From assembly GCA_963676725.1 (NCBI GenBank), contig OY781463.1:2786398-2850397 (forward strand): a DNA stretch of 64,000 bases, in the 5' to 3' direction. Origin of the DNA: Bacteroidales bacterium. GTDB taxonomy: Bacteria; Bacteroidota; Bacteroidia; Bacteroidales; WRLA01. The notes beneath the pieces were generated by a model. It searched no databases. It was not told the DNA's origin and was given only the letters and a program-made list of their open reading frames with translations. How positions within the stretch are numbered: the stretch's first letter is position 1; each line of letters opens with the position of its first letter. Shown here one piece after another: positions 31,607 through 42,306 of this stretch. The translations under genes were made by a program, and so were the position numbers.

Positions 31607-33289
31607 CAGACTGTCTAAAAACCCCAAAACTTCCACCCAAAATTGTTGATAACATTCCGACTTATCAACAGCTATAAATGCTTGTTTATTAGTATATTCA
31701 TAGCATGAAATACATGATAGGAAAAGATCGGAACCAAGTATCAATTTTCCCCATTTCTTTGGATGAATCTATCCATAAAGATCATGAGGTGCGGATTATT
31801 GATCTTTTTGTAGACAGCCTTGAATTATTAGAAATGGGCTTTCGTGTAGATTTTATGGAGAACGGAAGACCTGCTTATCATCCCAAAGACCTTCTAAAAC
31901 TCTTTATTTATGGCTACCTGAACAGAACACGCTCCTCACGTGAGCTCGAAAAAGAATGCACACGGAACATCGAAGTGATTTGGTTGCTCAAAGGCCTAAA
32001 GCCCGACCATAATACGATTTCCAACTTCCGCCGCGACCATTCCAAAGCCATAAAGAATGTGTTTCGTGCCACGGTATGCATAGCCAAGAACTTAGAACTA
32101 ATCGGCGGGAAACTGCTTGCCGGAGACAGCACCAAACTCCGGGCACAGAATTCCAAGAAGGCCAATTATAATGCAAAAAAGATTGAGCGCCATTTGACCT
32201 ATATCGACAACAAACTTGCTACTTACCAGGAGCAGTTGGCCAAAGCTGACGGGGACAATCAAGCGCTGATACAGCAAGAGATTGAGAAACACAAAGAGCG
32301 CAAGCAATTCTACCATGATATAGAACACCAATTAGAAGAATCCGGCGAAACCCAGGTATCCACAAGCGATCCGGAAAGCAGGCAAATGATCACACGCAAC
32401 AATATCACCGAAGTAGCCTACAATGTACAAACAACGGTCGATTCAGCCCATATGATCCCCATCGATTATAAAGTGACCAATGAAAACGACAGCAAAGCAA
32501 TGGGCGATATGCTCCACCGCAGTAAAAGCATCATTGGCCACAATAATTTTACCGCCCTCTACGATAAAGGCTACCATACAGGCAGCGAGTTTCAAACCGC
32601 CCACGATTTAGGCATAAATGTACTGGTTGCCATTCCTAAAGTAGCGGCCAATGCCCCCGATCCTAACTACAATGTAGAACACTTTCGATATGATAAAGAC
32701 AAGGACTGTTATCATTGTCCCCAAGGCCATGAGATGCACACAACAGGTAAATGGCACCAGGCGAAAACCTATCAATTTAAGCGTTATACAACTCGCCAAT
32801 GCCTGAGCTGTCCGGTAAAAGACAAATGCTCTAAGGCTAAATACGGCAAGGCAATACAACGATCTGAATATCAAGAATATATAAATACAAATAAGGAAAA
32901 CATAGAGAAAAACCTGGATTACTACCGCCGACGACAGGCAATTGTGGAACACCCATACGGCACCATCAAGCGTCAATGGGGATTTAGCTACATAATGACC
33001 AAACGCAGTAAACAACGCGCCTCGGCGGATGTAGGATTTATATTTATTGCTTATAATTTACGTCGTATTATGAATATCCTTGGCATTCATGTATTTAAGC
33101 AATACCTCATTGCTTTATCTGTTCTAATAGCCTTCATTTTGGCTTCCATATATGCGTTTTGCCGAAGGATAAAAAGCATTGCTGCCCAAAGGTATCGAAA
33201 AATAGATGCACTTAGAACGCAAATATTTGCTAAATTTATGCCGTATTTAGGTACAATTTAAAAGAGAACGGAGGTTTTAAGACAGACTG
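31607..33289 (+). mobile_element. IS1182-family element, copy 1 (1683 bp)
   Basis: IRs CAGACTGTCTAAAAACC / GGTTTTAAGACAGACTG; CCGT duplication. Confidence 0.92.
31705..33261 (+). CDS. IS1182-family transposase
   Basis: GRPAYHP, SSRELE, PDHNTISNFR, DKGY, YRRRQAIVEHPYGTIK. Confidence 0.93.
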   Translation: MKYMIGKDRNQVSIFPISLDESIHKDHEVRIIDLFVDSLELLEMGFRVDFMENGRPAYHPKDLLKLFIYGYLNRTRSSRELEKECTRNIEVIWLLKGLKPDHNTISNFRRDHSKAIKNVFRATVCIAKNLELIGGKLLAGDSTKLRAQNSKKANYNAKKIERHLTYIDNKLATYQEQLAKADGDNQALIQQEIEKHKERKQFYHDIEHQLEESGETQVSTSDPESRQMITRNNITEVAYNVQTTVDSAHMIPIDYKVTNENDSKAMGDMLHRSKSIIGHNNFTALYDKGYHTGSEFQTAHDLGINVLVAIPKVAANAPDPNYNVEHFRYDKDKDCYHCPQGHEMHTTGKWHQAKTYQFKRYTTRQCLSCPVKDKCSKAKYGKAIQRSEYQEYINTNKENIEKNLDYYRRRQAIVEHPYGTIKRQWGFSYIMTKRSKQRASADVGFIFIAYNLRRIMNILGIHVFKQYLIALSVLIAFILASIYAFCRRIKSIAAQRYRKIDALRTQIFAKFMPYLGTI

Positions 33290-33291
33290 CC

Positions 33292-33705
33292 GTTATGCCC
33301 GATTTTCTTTGCTGCGGTGTAGCTTTTTTGAAGGAAATTTTTGCGCAATTGTTCTTTGATACTTAAAAACCTGCAATTGCTTACAGCACTGGCCCACGCT
33401 TCGGAAGCAGGTTTTGCAGGATAAAAAAATTCGAGTTTCAATCCTGATTTTGTGATGAAACACGCAAAAATATTTTGATTTGCTATTGTACATTTGGCCT
33501 TTTTATTAACTTTGGCTCTGGCCTGCGCATTTCAGCCAGCGCACAATGCCGACGCTATGTCCGACGCACATTAAGAACCGGGCATAACCAAAGCTATTCC
33601 CCATAAGGGGTTTAATCGTTAAAACAAAGATTATGCAAGTGAAAATTATTATTAATAGATTGATAATTAGTGGTTTTGGAGTCCCTTACGTGGGATAGCT
33701 GGAAC
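33292..33705 (+). repeat. ORF-less cassette, copy 3, including attC-like site 8 (33579-33715)
   Basis: Near-identical to 12884-13297. Confidence 0.88.
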
Positions 33706-33754
33706 GTTAGCACCAATGTAGCCAAAACGATAGCACAACTTAAAAATTAGAGAT

Positions 33755-34864
33755 ATGAAGACTAAATTTATTTTCACCCTGATTTTAATATTTCCGACTT
33801 TGAGTATTTTCTCACAGGATTTAGTATTTAATCATGGAGGAGCCCTAAATGATGGAGTTTATGAAACAACACCCTTAACTCGATTTAATGAGATTTCTTG
33901 GAAAACTGAGTTAAAAGGGAAAGGGAATGAGGATTGTATTATTCACAGAGACGTGATTTACACGACCGCAAGAAAATACAACAGGGAGACTAAAACTCAT
34001 AAAAGCTATATTTATGCAATTAAGGCACATAGTGGAGAAGTAATTTGGTTAGACTCCTTAAACGGTAGAGTGTCAACTCCAAATATTAAGGATTCGATAC
34101 TGTATTATGGCGTTGATGAGCAGGACGGCAGACAATATGCAATAAATAAAGATAACGGTAAGATAATTTGGAGCATAACATCAAGGTATGCTGCATGTTG
34201 GCAACCTGCAATAATTGGTGACAAAAATTATTTTGGAAGCCACGGTGATAGGTGGTATGTTGTAAATAACATAACTGGTGATTTGATTCTTAAGGATACA
34301 ATTGACGGGGGTATTTGTTGTCGTCCTTCGATTTTAGATACGATGCTGTACTTTGTTGATAGGAAAGGATTACTTCATGCTTACAACACAAAAATTGATA
34401 AAGATATTTGGACTTTTAATTCGGGCGCTGGCTCAAATAATGCACCTGCAATTTATGAAGGCAAAGCATTTATGATAAATAAAAGTGGAGAAATATTTGC
34501 AATAGATTTAAAAACAGGACAGAAAATCTGGTCTTATAAAACAGGAGATACGATGTTTCGTTCACCTGCTGTTAAGGATAAAACGGCAACAGTGATTACA
34601 ACAAATGGATTGATATTTGCCTTTGATACTGAAAATGGTGAAATTAAGTGGCAACAAGAAAAGAAAGGACTTGGATATACGAACACGTCAATTGTTGACA
34701 ATATCGTTTATGTAGGTTGTGCAGATAATCATCTTTATGCTTTTGATTTGTATACGGGAAAAGAGATTTGGAATTTCAAAGCAGATTCTAAAGTTAATAC
34801 TCCATTGATTGATAATGAAACAGTATATTTTACAAGTGGAGAATATTTATACTCAATAAAGTAA
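33755..34864 (+). CDS. Cassette gene: PQQ-like beta-propeller (BamB-like) protein
   Basis: Repeated AxDxxTGxxxW motifs; signal peptide. Confidence 0.88.
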   Translation: MKTKFIFTLILIFPTLSIFSQDLVFNHGGALNDGVYETTPLTRFNEISWKTELKGKGNEDCIIHRDVIYTTARKYNRETKTHKSYIYAIKAHSGEVIWLDSLNGRVSTPNIKDSILYYGVDEQDGRQYAINKDNGKIIWSITSRYAACWQPAIIGDKNYFGSHGDRWYVVNNITGDLILKDTIDGGICCRPSILDTMLYFVDRKGLLHAYNTKIDKDIWTFNSGAGSNNAPAIYEGKAFMINKSGEIFAIDLKTGQKIWSYKTGDTMFRSPAVKDKTATVITTNGLIFAFDTENGEIKWQQEKKGLGYTNTSIVDNIVYVGCADNHLYAFDLYTGKEIWNFKADSKVNTPLIDNETVYFTSGEYLYSIK

Positions 34865-35000
34865 ACACTGGTGCTAACACGCGGTCATAAAACATTGGGG
34901 GCGAAGTGGTTATTCGAGCTTTGGTTCTCGCATCAAAGTTCATCGTACCTTGATAGAGAAGTAGCTCCGAAATCCCCAACGATTTTATACCGCCATCCGT

Positions 35001-36683
35001 CAGACTGTCTAAAAACCCCAAAACTTTCCCTCAAAATTGTTGATAACATTCCGACTTATCAACAGCTATAAATGCTTATTTATTAGTATATTCATAGCAT
35101 GAAATACATGATAGGAAAAGATCGAAACCAAGTATCAATTTTCCCCATTTCTTTGGATGAATCTATCCATAAAGATCATGAGGTGCGGATTATTGATCTT
35201 TTTGTAGACAGCCTTGAATTATCAGAAATGGGCTTTCGTGTAGATTTTGTGGAGAACGGAAGACCTGCTTATCATCCCAAAGACCTTCTAAAACTCTTTA
35301 TTTATGGCTACCTGAACAGAACACGCTCCTCACGTGAGCTCGAAAAAGAATGCACACGGAACATCGAAGTGATTTGGTTGCTTAAAGGCCTAAAGCCCGA
35401 CCATAATACCATTTCCAACTTCCGTCGCGACCATTCCAAAGCCATAAAGAATGTGTTTCGTGCCACGGTATGCATAGCCAAGAACTTAGAACTAATCGGC
35501 GGGAAACTGCTTGCCGGAGACAGCACCAAACTCCGGGCACAGAATTCCAAGAAGACCAATTATAATGCAAAAAAGATTGAGCGCCATTTGACCTATATCG
35601 ACAACAAACTTGCTACCTACCAGGAGCAGTTGGCCGAAGCTGATGGGGACAATCAAGCGCTGATACAGCAAGAGATTGAGAAACACAAAGAGCGCAAGCA
35701 ATTCTACCATGATATAGAACACCAATTAGAAGAATCCGGCGAAACCCAGGTATCCACAAGCGATCCGGAAAGCAGGCAAATGATCACCCGCAACAATATC
35801 ACCGAAGTAGCCTACAATGTACAAACAACGGTCGATTCAGCCCATATGATCCCCATCGATTATAAAGTGACCAATGAAAACGACAGCAAAGCAATGGGCG
35901 ATATGCTCCACCGCAGTAAAAGCATCATTGGCCACAATAATTTTACCGCCCTCTACGATAAAGGCTACCATACTGGCAGCGAGTTTCAAACCGCCCACGA
36001 TTTAGGTATAAATGTACTGGTTGCCATTCCTAAAGTAGCGGCCAATGCCCCCGATCCTCACTACAATGTAGAACACTTTCGATATGATAAAGACAAGGAC
36101 TGTTATCATTGTCCGCAAGGCCATGAGATGCACACAACAGGCAAATGGCATCAGGCGAAAACCTATCAATTTAAGCGTTATACAAGCCGCCAATGCCTAG
36201 GCTGTCCGGTAAAAGATAAATGCTCTAAGGCTAAATACGGCAAGGCAATACAACGATCTGAATATCAAGAGCATATAAATACAAATAAGGAAAACATAGA
36301 GAAAAACCTGGATTACTACCGCCGACGACAGGCAATTGTGGAACACCCATACGGCACCATCAAGCGACAATGGGGATTTAGCTACATAATGACCAAACGC
36401 AGCAAACAACGCGCCTCGGCGGATGTAGGATTTATATTTATTGCTTATAATTTACGTCGAATTATGAATATTCTTGGCATTCATGTATTTAAGCAATACC
36501 TTATTGCTTTATCTGTTCAAATAGCCTTTGTTTTGGCTTCCAGACACGTATTTTGCCGAAGGATAAAAAGCATTGCTGCCCAAAGGTATCGAAAAACAAA
36601 TGCCCTTAGAACGCAAATATTTGCTAAATTTATGCCGTATTTCGGTACAATTTAAAAGAGAACGGAGGTTTTAAGACAGACTG
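35001..36683 (+). mobile_element. IS1182-family element, copy 2 (1683 bp)
   Basis: Same IRs; CCGT at 34997-35000 and 36684-36687. Confidence 0.92.
35099..36655 (+). CDS. IS1182-family transposase
   Basis: Near-identical to 31705-33261. Confidence 0.93.
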   Translation: MKYMIGKDRNQVSIFPISLDESIHKDHEVRIIDLFVDSLELSEMGFRVDFVENGRPAYHPKDLLKLFIYGYLNRTRSSRELEKECTRNIEVIWLLKGLKPDHNTISNFRRDHSKAIKNVFRATVCIAKNLELIGGKLLAGDSTKLRAQNSKKTNYNAKKIERHLTYIDNKLATYQEQLAEADGDNQALIQQEIEKHKERKQFYHDIEHQLEESGETQVSTSDPESRQMITRNNITEVAYNVQTTVDSAHMIPIDYKVTNENDSKAMGDMLHRSKSIIGHNNFTALYDKGYHTGSEFQTAHDLGINVLVAIPKVAANAPDPHYNVEHFRYDKDKDCYHCPQGHEMHTTGKWHQAKTYQFKRYTSRQCLGCPVKDKCSKAKYGKAIQRSEYQEHINTNKENIEKNLDYYRRRQAIVEHPYGTIKRQWGFSYIMTKRSKQRASADVGFIFIAYNLRRIMNILGIHVFKQYLIALSVQIAFVLASRHVFCRRIKSIAAQRYRKTNALRTQIFAKFMPYFGTI

Positions 36684-36761
36684 CCGTTGTGTGTAAGTTA
36701 ATAACCTAACTGTAAAAGGAAAATATACGAGCTGAAAATAGAATTTTGACAATTACGAAAA

Positions 36762-37274
36762 ATGACTAAAAGTATTATTAATAATGATGTGATTTTTGAA
36801 AAGTTATCAGATGAACATAGGACATCTGTAATGGATATTTTTAATTTTTATATCGAGAATGAGTTTTCTGCATATCCAGAGGAGAAACTTAATTATGATT
36901 ACTATGATAATTTTTTAACCATATCAAATAAGTATCCCGCATTTGTAATCAAAGTAAAGGACAGAATTGTAGGATTTTGTTTTCTCAATTCTTACAATCC
37001 TGCCTCAAGTTTTAAGGAAACTGCCCAGATTACATATTTCATCGACATAGACTTTAAAGGAAAAGGGATTGGAAAAATGGCTTTAAATAAACTGGAAATT
37101 GAAGCTAAAAAACATGGCATTGAAAATATATTAGCAAATATTGCTTCTGTCAATAAGGAAAGTCTTGCTTTCCATTCAAAAAACGGATTCATAAAGTGTG
37201 GTGAATTTGAGAATATAATTAAGAAGAAAAATAAGAAATTTAATATTATCTGGATGCAGAAAAAATTGAATTAG
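36762..37274 (+). CDS. Cassette gene: GNAT N-acetyltransferase (phosphinothricin acetyltransferase-like)
   Basis: KGKGIGK and NKESLAFHSKNGF. Confidence 0.88.
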   Translation: MTKSIINNDVIFEKLSDEHRTSVMDIFNFYIENEFSAYPEEKLNYDYYDNFLTISNKYPAFVIKVKDRIVGFCFLNSYNPASSFKETAQITYFIDIDFKGKGIGKMALNKLEIEAKKHGIENILANIASVNKESLAFHSKNGFIKCGEFENIIKKKNKKFNIIWMQKKLN

Positions 37275-37401
37275 GTAAAACCTACACACAACATTTTGTA
37301 CAAGTAATGGCAGGTAATGTGTTAAATATCAAGGTTTGTAGCCCGCTCAAACTGCGTAGCGGTTTGACAGTAAATTACCACGCAATCTGCCACTACTCAT
37401 A

Positions 37402-39346
37402 GTGTGCCAAGAATCAACCACGGCAATAAACAGGTTGAATGCTGTAAATAAGATGATAGTAGGTCTATCAGGGTCGTTGTATAGGCGATGGCTTTAAACC
37501 ACCTAAAGATGCTGCAGTAAAGAGCTGTGGTGTTGAGCGTTTAGGAGAATCCTGTCCAAGAGGCAGGCAGGTATGGATAAAGGAGATGAACGAAAGTGAA
37601 CCATTGATGAGGTGTCGAGACGTTGCGTTACATCCAGTCAAAAGCTACGGAGTATGAGACGGAGTGAAAAAAGGTATGAAAAAAAAACATATCAATTGCA
37701 GAAGTTACCTATTTACTTTCTGTAAGGCTGGCGGCATTCAGATGGCATGAACTTTATCTAGGCTTATTTATGGAACTTGGGAACCTGGATATTGATGATA
37801 GATTGCAGGATGCTACCGCCAAAGGATTCGCAGGCAGTACGAAGGGAAATGCACGATAAGATCAACTTAGAGGCAGAATACCAATGCAATATTCAGGGGC
37901 AGACTAATCCGTAGTAGTGATGAAGTATCTGTAATGGAAACGGAGCGAAGGGATTAGGTTATACAGTATCATAACATTAAAACAACTCAGAACGAGGATG
38001 ACTTTATGGAATGAAACAAAATCGATACCGATAAGCCACTCAATGATTTGGGAGGCATATAAGAAAGTTAGGGCCAACAAAGGGAGTGCAGGAGTGGACG
38101 ATTTAGGCATGGAGGAATATGATTCTAGCAAAAGGAAACACCTGTACAAACTATGGAATCGTATGGCATCGGGGAGTTATTTTCCGCCAGCAGTCAAAGA
38201 AGTGGAAATACCAAAGAAAGATGGTAAAGTCAGGAAATTGGGAATACCCACAATCAGCGACAGGGTGGCACAGATGGCTATTAAAATGTATATCGAACCA
38301 AGGTTTGAGGAAATATTCAGTTCAAATTCTTATGGTTATCGACCGAAAAAGAATGCGCACCAAGCATTGCAAAAGGTACGGGAAAACTGTTGGAAGTCCA
38401 ACTGGGTAATAGATTTAGATATAAAAGGGTTCTTTGACAATATTAGTCATGCAAAACTGATGTTAGCAGTAGAGAAGCATGTACCGGAGAATTGGATAAA
38501 ACTCTACATAAAACGATGGCTCACAGCCCCAGTACTCAAAAAGACAGGAGAACTGATCACAAAGGAAGGTAAGGGAACGCCACAGGGAGGAGTTATAAGT
38601 CCTCTTCTGGCGAATTTATTTCTGTACTATGGCTTTGATAAATGGTTAGAACAAACTGACAAAACAGTGGACTACACAAGATATGCCGATGATGTGATAG
38701 TGCACTGTAGGAGTAAACAACATGCAGAACACATATTAAAGCGAATCAACCAACGGATGAACGATATTGAATTGGAGTTGCATCCAGAGAAAACAAAAAT
38801 TGTTTATTGTAAGGATTATCGGAGGAACGAAAAACATCCAGAATCTAAGTTTGATTTTTTGGGTTACTCTTTCCAACCCCGAACAACCAAATCAAAGAGG
38901 AACAATGGACTGTTTCTCGGGTTTGACTGTGCTATTAGTATAAGTTCAAGAAAGCGTATAGCTGACAAACTAGGAGAACTGGAAGTAGAGAGGATGACCT
39001 TTAAAAGTGTAGTAGGCATTGCCCAAAAATTGAATCCAATGATTCGAGGGTGGATACAATATTACGGTAAATTTAGGATATCCTCATTGCATACAGTTTT
39101 TAGAGGGTTAAATAAGCGTTTAACAAGGTGGGCAAGAAAACGGTATAAACGTTATAAGACAAGTATAAAGCGAGCATATAAATGGTTAGCAAGAGTACAG
39201 GAACAATATCCTTATTTATTCTACCATTGGCAGTTAGGATTTGTCTATTAATTAAGTATTTTTGTATAACAAGAGCCGTATGATGGGAGACTATCACGTA
39301 CGGTTCTGTGAGAGGCTCGGGGTGAAATTCCCCTTGCCTACTCGAT
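37402..39346 (+). mobile_element. Group II intron, class D (RmInt1-like), apparently intact
   Basis: 5' GTGTG; domain V GAGCCGTATGATGGGAGACTATCACGTACGGTTC; 3' CTACTCGAT. Confidence 0.92.
37998..39251 (+). CDS. ltrA: Group II intron RT/maturase without endonuclease domain
   Basis: LYKLWNRMASGSYFPP, GTPQGG, RYADD, KTKIVYCKD. Confidence 0.95.
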   Translation: MTLWNETKSIPISHSMIWEAYKKVRANKGSAGVDDLGMEEYDSSKRKHLYKLWNRMASGSYFPPAVKEVEIPKKDGKVRKLGIPTISDRVAQMAIKMYIEPRFEEIFSSNSYGYRPKKNAHQALQKVRENCWKSNWVIDLDIKGFFDNISHAKLMLAVEKHVPENWIKLYIKRWLTAPVLKKTGELITKEGKGTPQGGVISPLLANLFLYYGFDKWLEQTDKTVDYTRYADDVIVHCRSKQHAEHILKRINQRMNDIELELHPEKTKIVYCKDYRRNEKHPESKFDFLGYSFQPRTTKSKRNNGLFLGFDCAISISSRKRIADKLGELEVERMTFKSVVGIAQKLNPMIRGWIQYYGKFRISSLHTVFRGLNKRLTRWARKRYKRYKTSIKRAYKWLARVQEQYPYLFYHWQLGFVY

Positions 39347-39579
39347 CAATTTACCGTTGTGTGCAATACACCAAGACTGAAAAGGCAGGTTAATTTATCG
39401 AGTAATGGATAAAAACAAATAGCTAGTTAAAATAAGAGAAAAGGGAAACATAACTATCAAGCAATAAGCTTTGATGTTTATTGAAATCTAAATTGACTCA
39501 AATTAGATTATAGAACTTATAAATAAAAAAGTAATTACAGAGTAGTTAAATTTATTTGGAAATATAAAAATTAGAAATA

Positions 39580-40113
39580 ATGAGAAAAATCAAATTTATG
39601 TTGTTCTTTTTAACTGTATTGGTTTTTTCCAGTTGTGAAAATATGGTCAGGATTGATGAGATTGATAATGTCATATCAAAAAATGACCTTAACATACAAT
39701 TGAAAATTGATGTCGATAATGATTTTGAAATCCAAAAAGTTTTGGAAAATGAAAATAGTAATAGTCAATATCTGAAAATTGATGTTGATAATAAGTTTTC
39801 AATAAGAGGCAAAACGGATATTGAAATCAAAAAGAAATACAGACTGTCAATTACTTTAAAGAACATTAATACAAATCCTGTTATAATGTATTCTTTCTGG
39901 AAAGGACTTAAAACATCAGTGAGAAATTATACATTGGCAGGTGAAAATGGAAATCCACCGACATCAAAAACTCAGGACATATATAATGACTGGGTAACGT
40001 TTGATGATTTGTTTGAAGCTCAAGAAGGAGAAGATTCATTTATGCTGACTCTTTTTTGTGAAAGTGGCACATTTTACATAAAGGATATAAAAATTGAAGA
40101 AGTAAAAGAATAA
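39580..40113 (+). CDS. Cassette gene: hypothetical lipoprotein
   Basis: FSSC lipobox. Confidence 0.75.
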   Translation: MRKIKFMLFFLTVLVFSSCENMVRIDEIDNVISKNDLNIQLKIDVDNDFEIQKVLENENSNSQYLKIDVDNKFSIRGKTDIEIKKKYRLSITLKNINTNPVIMYSFWKGLKTSVRNYTLAGENGNPPTSKTQDIYNDWVTFDDLFEAQEGEDSFMLTLFCESGTFYIKDIKIEEVKE

Positions 40114-40118
40114 AGTAC

Positions 40119-40312
40119 TGCACACAATAAAATGTAAATGTAATGCGGGTTTCAGAGGGTATTTCAACCGCAGTTCTTCGTTGCAACACCGCCAATTCGT
40201 CTTTAACGATTGACGGAAAATTTGAAATATTGAATAAACGAATTGGCTCCGTGCAGAATTGAAAGTTCATCACTTTCAATCCCGCACTCCACTTACATAA
40301 ACGTTGTGGGTA
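40119..40312 (+). repeat. attC-like site 11
   Basis: TGCACACAAT..ATGTAA..TGCGGG//CCCGCA..TTACAT..GTTGTGGGTA. Confidence 0.85.
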
Positions 40313-40371
40313 ATGGTAGGAGAGCCAACTACACAGAAATAATTTGAAAAGAAATATTGAGATTAATAAAA

Positions 40372-40965
40372 ATGGGATTAGAAAAACAAGGGGCAAAACC
40401 AACTGGATTAATAGGGAAAATTATCGGAAGATTGATGAATAAATTTCATACTTCTATGTACACTGATTATTTTAATACTAAAGATATACCTGACAATTTT
40501 AGAATTCTTGACATTGGATGTGGTGGTGGAAAATTTTTAAACTATTTGTCTCAAAGAAGTGACGGATTTAATCTATGGGGAATTGACCACTCAAAAGAAA
40601 TGATTGATTTATCAAGTCAATTAAATAGTGAGGATGTTAAAAAAGGACGATTGAAATTGTTATGTGGCTCGGTTTCTAAAATCGAAATTGAAAATAATTC
40701 CATTGACTTAGTTACTGCATTTGAGACTATTCAGTTTTGGCCAGACATTGAAAATGCGTTATCTGAAATATTTAGGATTTTAGATAATGGAGGGCGATTC
40801 TTAATAATAAATAGATATCCAAGAGAAGGAACAAAATGGTGGAATCTGGCAAATATTAAATCAGAGAAAGATTATAAAACAAAATTGGATATTGCTGGAT
40901 TTATTGACATTTCAATCGATTTGAATTTTAAGGATGGTTGGATAATCGTAGAAGGAGTAAAATAA
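40372..40965 (+). CDS. Cassette gene: class I SAM-dependent methyltransferase
   Basis: KPTGLIG, ILDIGCGGG; ATG 40372 preferred. Confidence 0.9.
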   Translation: MGLEKQGAKPTGLIGKIIGRLMNKFHTSMYTDYFNTKDIPDNFRILDIGCGGGKFLNYLSQRSDGFNLWGIDHSKEMIDLSSQLNSEDVKKGRLKLLCGSVSKIEIENNSIDLVTAFETIQFWPDIENALSEIFRILDNGGRFLIINRYPREGTKWWNLANIKSEKDYKTKLDIAGFIDISIDLNFKDGWIIVEGVK

Positions 40966-40974
40966 TAAACCACA

Positions 40975-41035
40975 TACCCACAACAATTAAGCATCGTTTT
41001 CCGGCCTGAGCCGGAATATGTGCTTTGTGTTGAAC
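40975..41035 (+). repeat. attC-like site 12 (short, last in the array)
   Basis: TACCCACAAC..AAGCA..TTCCGGC//GCCGGAA..TGCTT..GTTGAAC. Confidence 0.65.
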
Positions 41036-41267
41036 GAAACCGATGTACAATATATAATGGGGAATCAATGTTTCGTGTTTTTTCTACAAAACGGCCATTG
41101 GCGGGAATATTACCATCTTGCGACAGCATTTGGCGGGTTTTGCATACACAGATAAGAACCTTATGCCGCTATTTGGAGCGGAGTTATGTAGCTTTTTCTA
41201 GGCTAGGGCAATATCGTCCTGCATAAACAAGATTTCAAAAAAAAGCGGGAAAGCATGTGCACCACGA

Positions 41268-41660
41268 TTAGCAAGCAGTTGGGGCACGTATTGGCTGATG
41301 GAATGCATTCGGGATTATTTCCACGATCCTCATTTTTGCCCCACAGTGCCTGCAAAAGCCCACAACGATTTGTAATCGCGTTTCTGCTATCTGCTGCCAC
41401 TTTAGCTGCCGTTTAGCCGGTTTTGCTTGCATAAAGTATTCAAAAAGAGAGCTCAAGGCTTTACCTTTGGCGGCCGAAGACATAAAACCGTAATGCCTTA
41501 TTCGAGTAAAAGCATGTGGCAGGATATGCAGGCAGAATCTTTGGAGGAACAATTCCCCTGGCAGTGTTGAGATTTTTTGCTTGTCGCCATCTTTGCAATT
41601 TGGCGAAGGTAATTTTCGTGGGTGGAGCGATATCTGCCATTAATAAGCTGCATGAATTGC
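41268..41660 (-). pseudogene. IS91-family (HUH) transposase C-terminal remnant
   Basis: FLQRFCLHILPHAFTRIRHYGF and C-terminal CRHCG..RAP. Confidence 0.8.
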
Positions 41661-42160
41661 GTCGCCCCTTCGACAGCCCTTCGACTAAGCTCAGGACAGG
41701 CGCTCAGGGCATCGCATCTCACGGAAGCCCTCTACTTTAAGGCAGGCTTCATCTTGGATTGTTTTTCTCATAAGGATAAAATTTATTGGTTAAAAAATAA
41801 ATCCTTATACGTAAAAGTCATATCTTTGGTGAAGCTGCCGACCGGAGGGAGGTTTAGTTCAACAACACATAAGTATCAAAAACTTTATAGTATTTATTAT
41901 CCAATAAAATTCTCACACAAATTTGAATCCTGCTCTTGTTGGAAAAATTATATCAAAAAAATCTTATAAGTTATAAATGATCTCCTAATCCTATCTGAGT
42001 TCAAAAAGTAATCTGATTTGGAAAATAAATTTCTATAATCTCCTCCAAAATTTCCTCAGGCTCTAAAAATACCACTGTAATCCCAAATCAATAAAACCAA
42101 TTAAAAAATAAAAGGAAAAGAGATTTGACTAAGCGGTAAAATGAGTTTTAAAACGATATT

Positions 42161-42290
42161 TGTGTGCCTTTTTGTGTACCTTAAATAAAATGAGTATTTT
42201 TACAAATCTACATATTAACCTAATATTGAGGTCTTTAAAATTATATTAGGAAATCTTGTCCGATAACTACTAAAGTCATCGGATCAATAA
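42161..42290. other. Arm-type repeats and attR-like junction
   Basis: TGTGTGCC/TGTGTACC; TTGTCCGATAACT-ACTAA-AGTCATCGGATCAATAA at 42256-42290. Confidence 0.8.
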
Positions 42291-42306
42291 TACCAATAAA
42301 AACACA

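Larger units (their letters stand above)
31481..33301 (+). repeat. attC-like site 7, interrupted by IS1182
   Basis: GGGGGCTAAT..CATAAGGG//CCCTTACG..CCGT[IS]CCGTTATGCCCG. Confidence 0.82.
34869..36695 (+). repeat. attC-like site 9, interrupted by IS1182
   Basis: TGGTGCTAAC..CATTGGGG//CCCCAACG..CCGT[IS]CCGTTGTGTGTA. Confidence 0.85.
37283..39365 (+). repeat. attC-like site 10, interrupted by a class D intron
   Basis: Near-identical to site 6 once 37402-39346 is removed. Confidence 0.88.

Noticed and set aside
31471..31677. Short ORFs over att sites and IS ends (also 34871-35071, 14407-14598, 41020-41226)
   Set aside because: They span structured non-coding junctions; likely spurious
31607..36683. 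Composite transposon formed by the two IS1182 copies
   Set aside because: Each copy has its own CCGT duplication in a separate site, and the enclosed DNA follows normal cassette boundaries
24633..39251. RTs as DGR, retron or defence RTs
   Set aside because: Both lie inside group II intron termini with domain V/VI; no TR/VR pair or msr/msd seen
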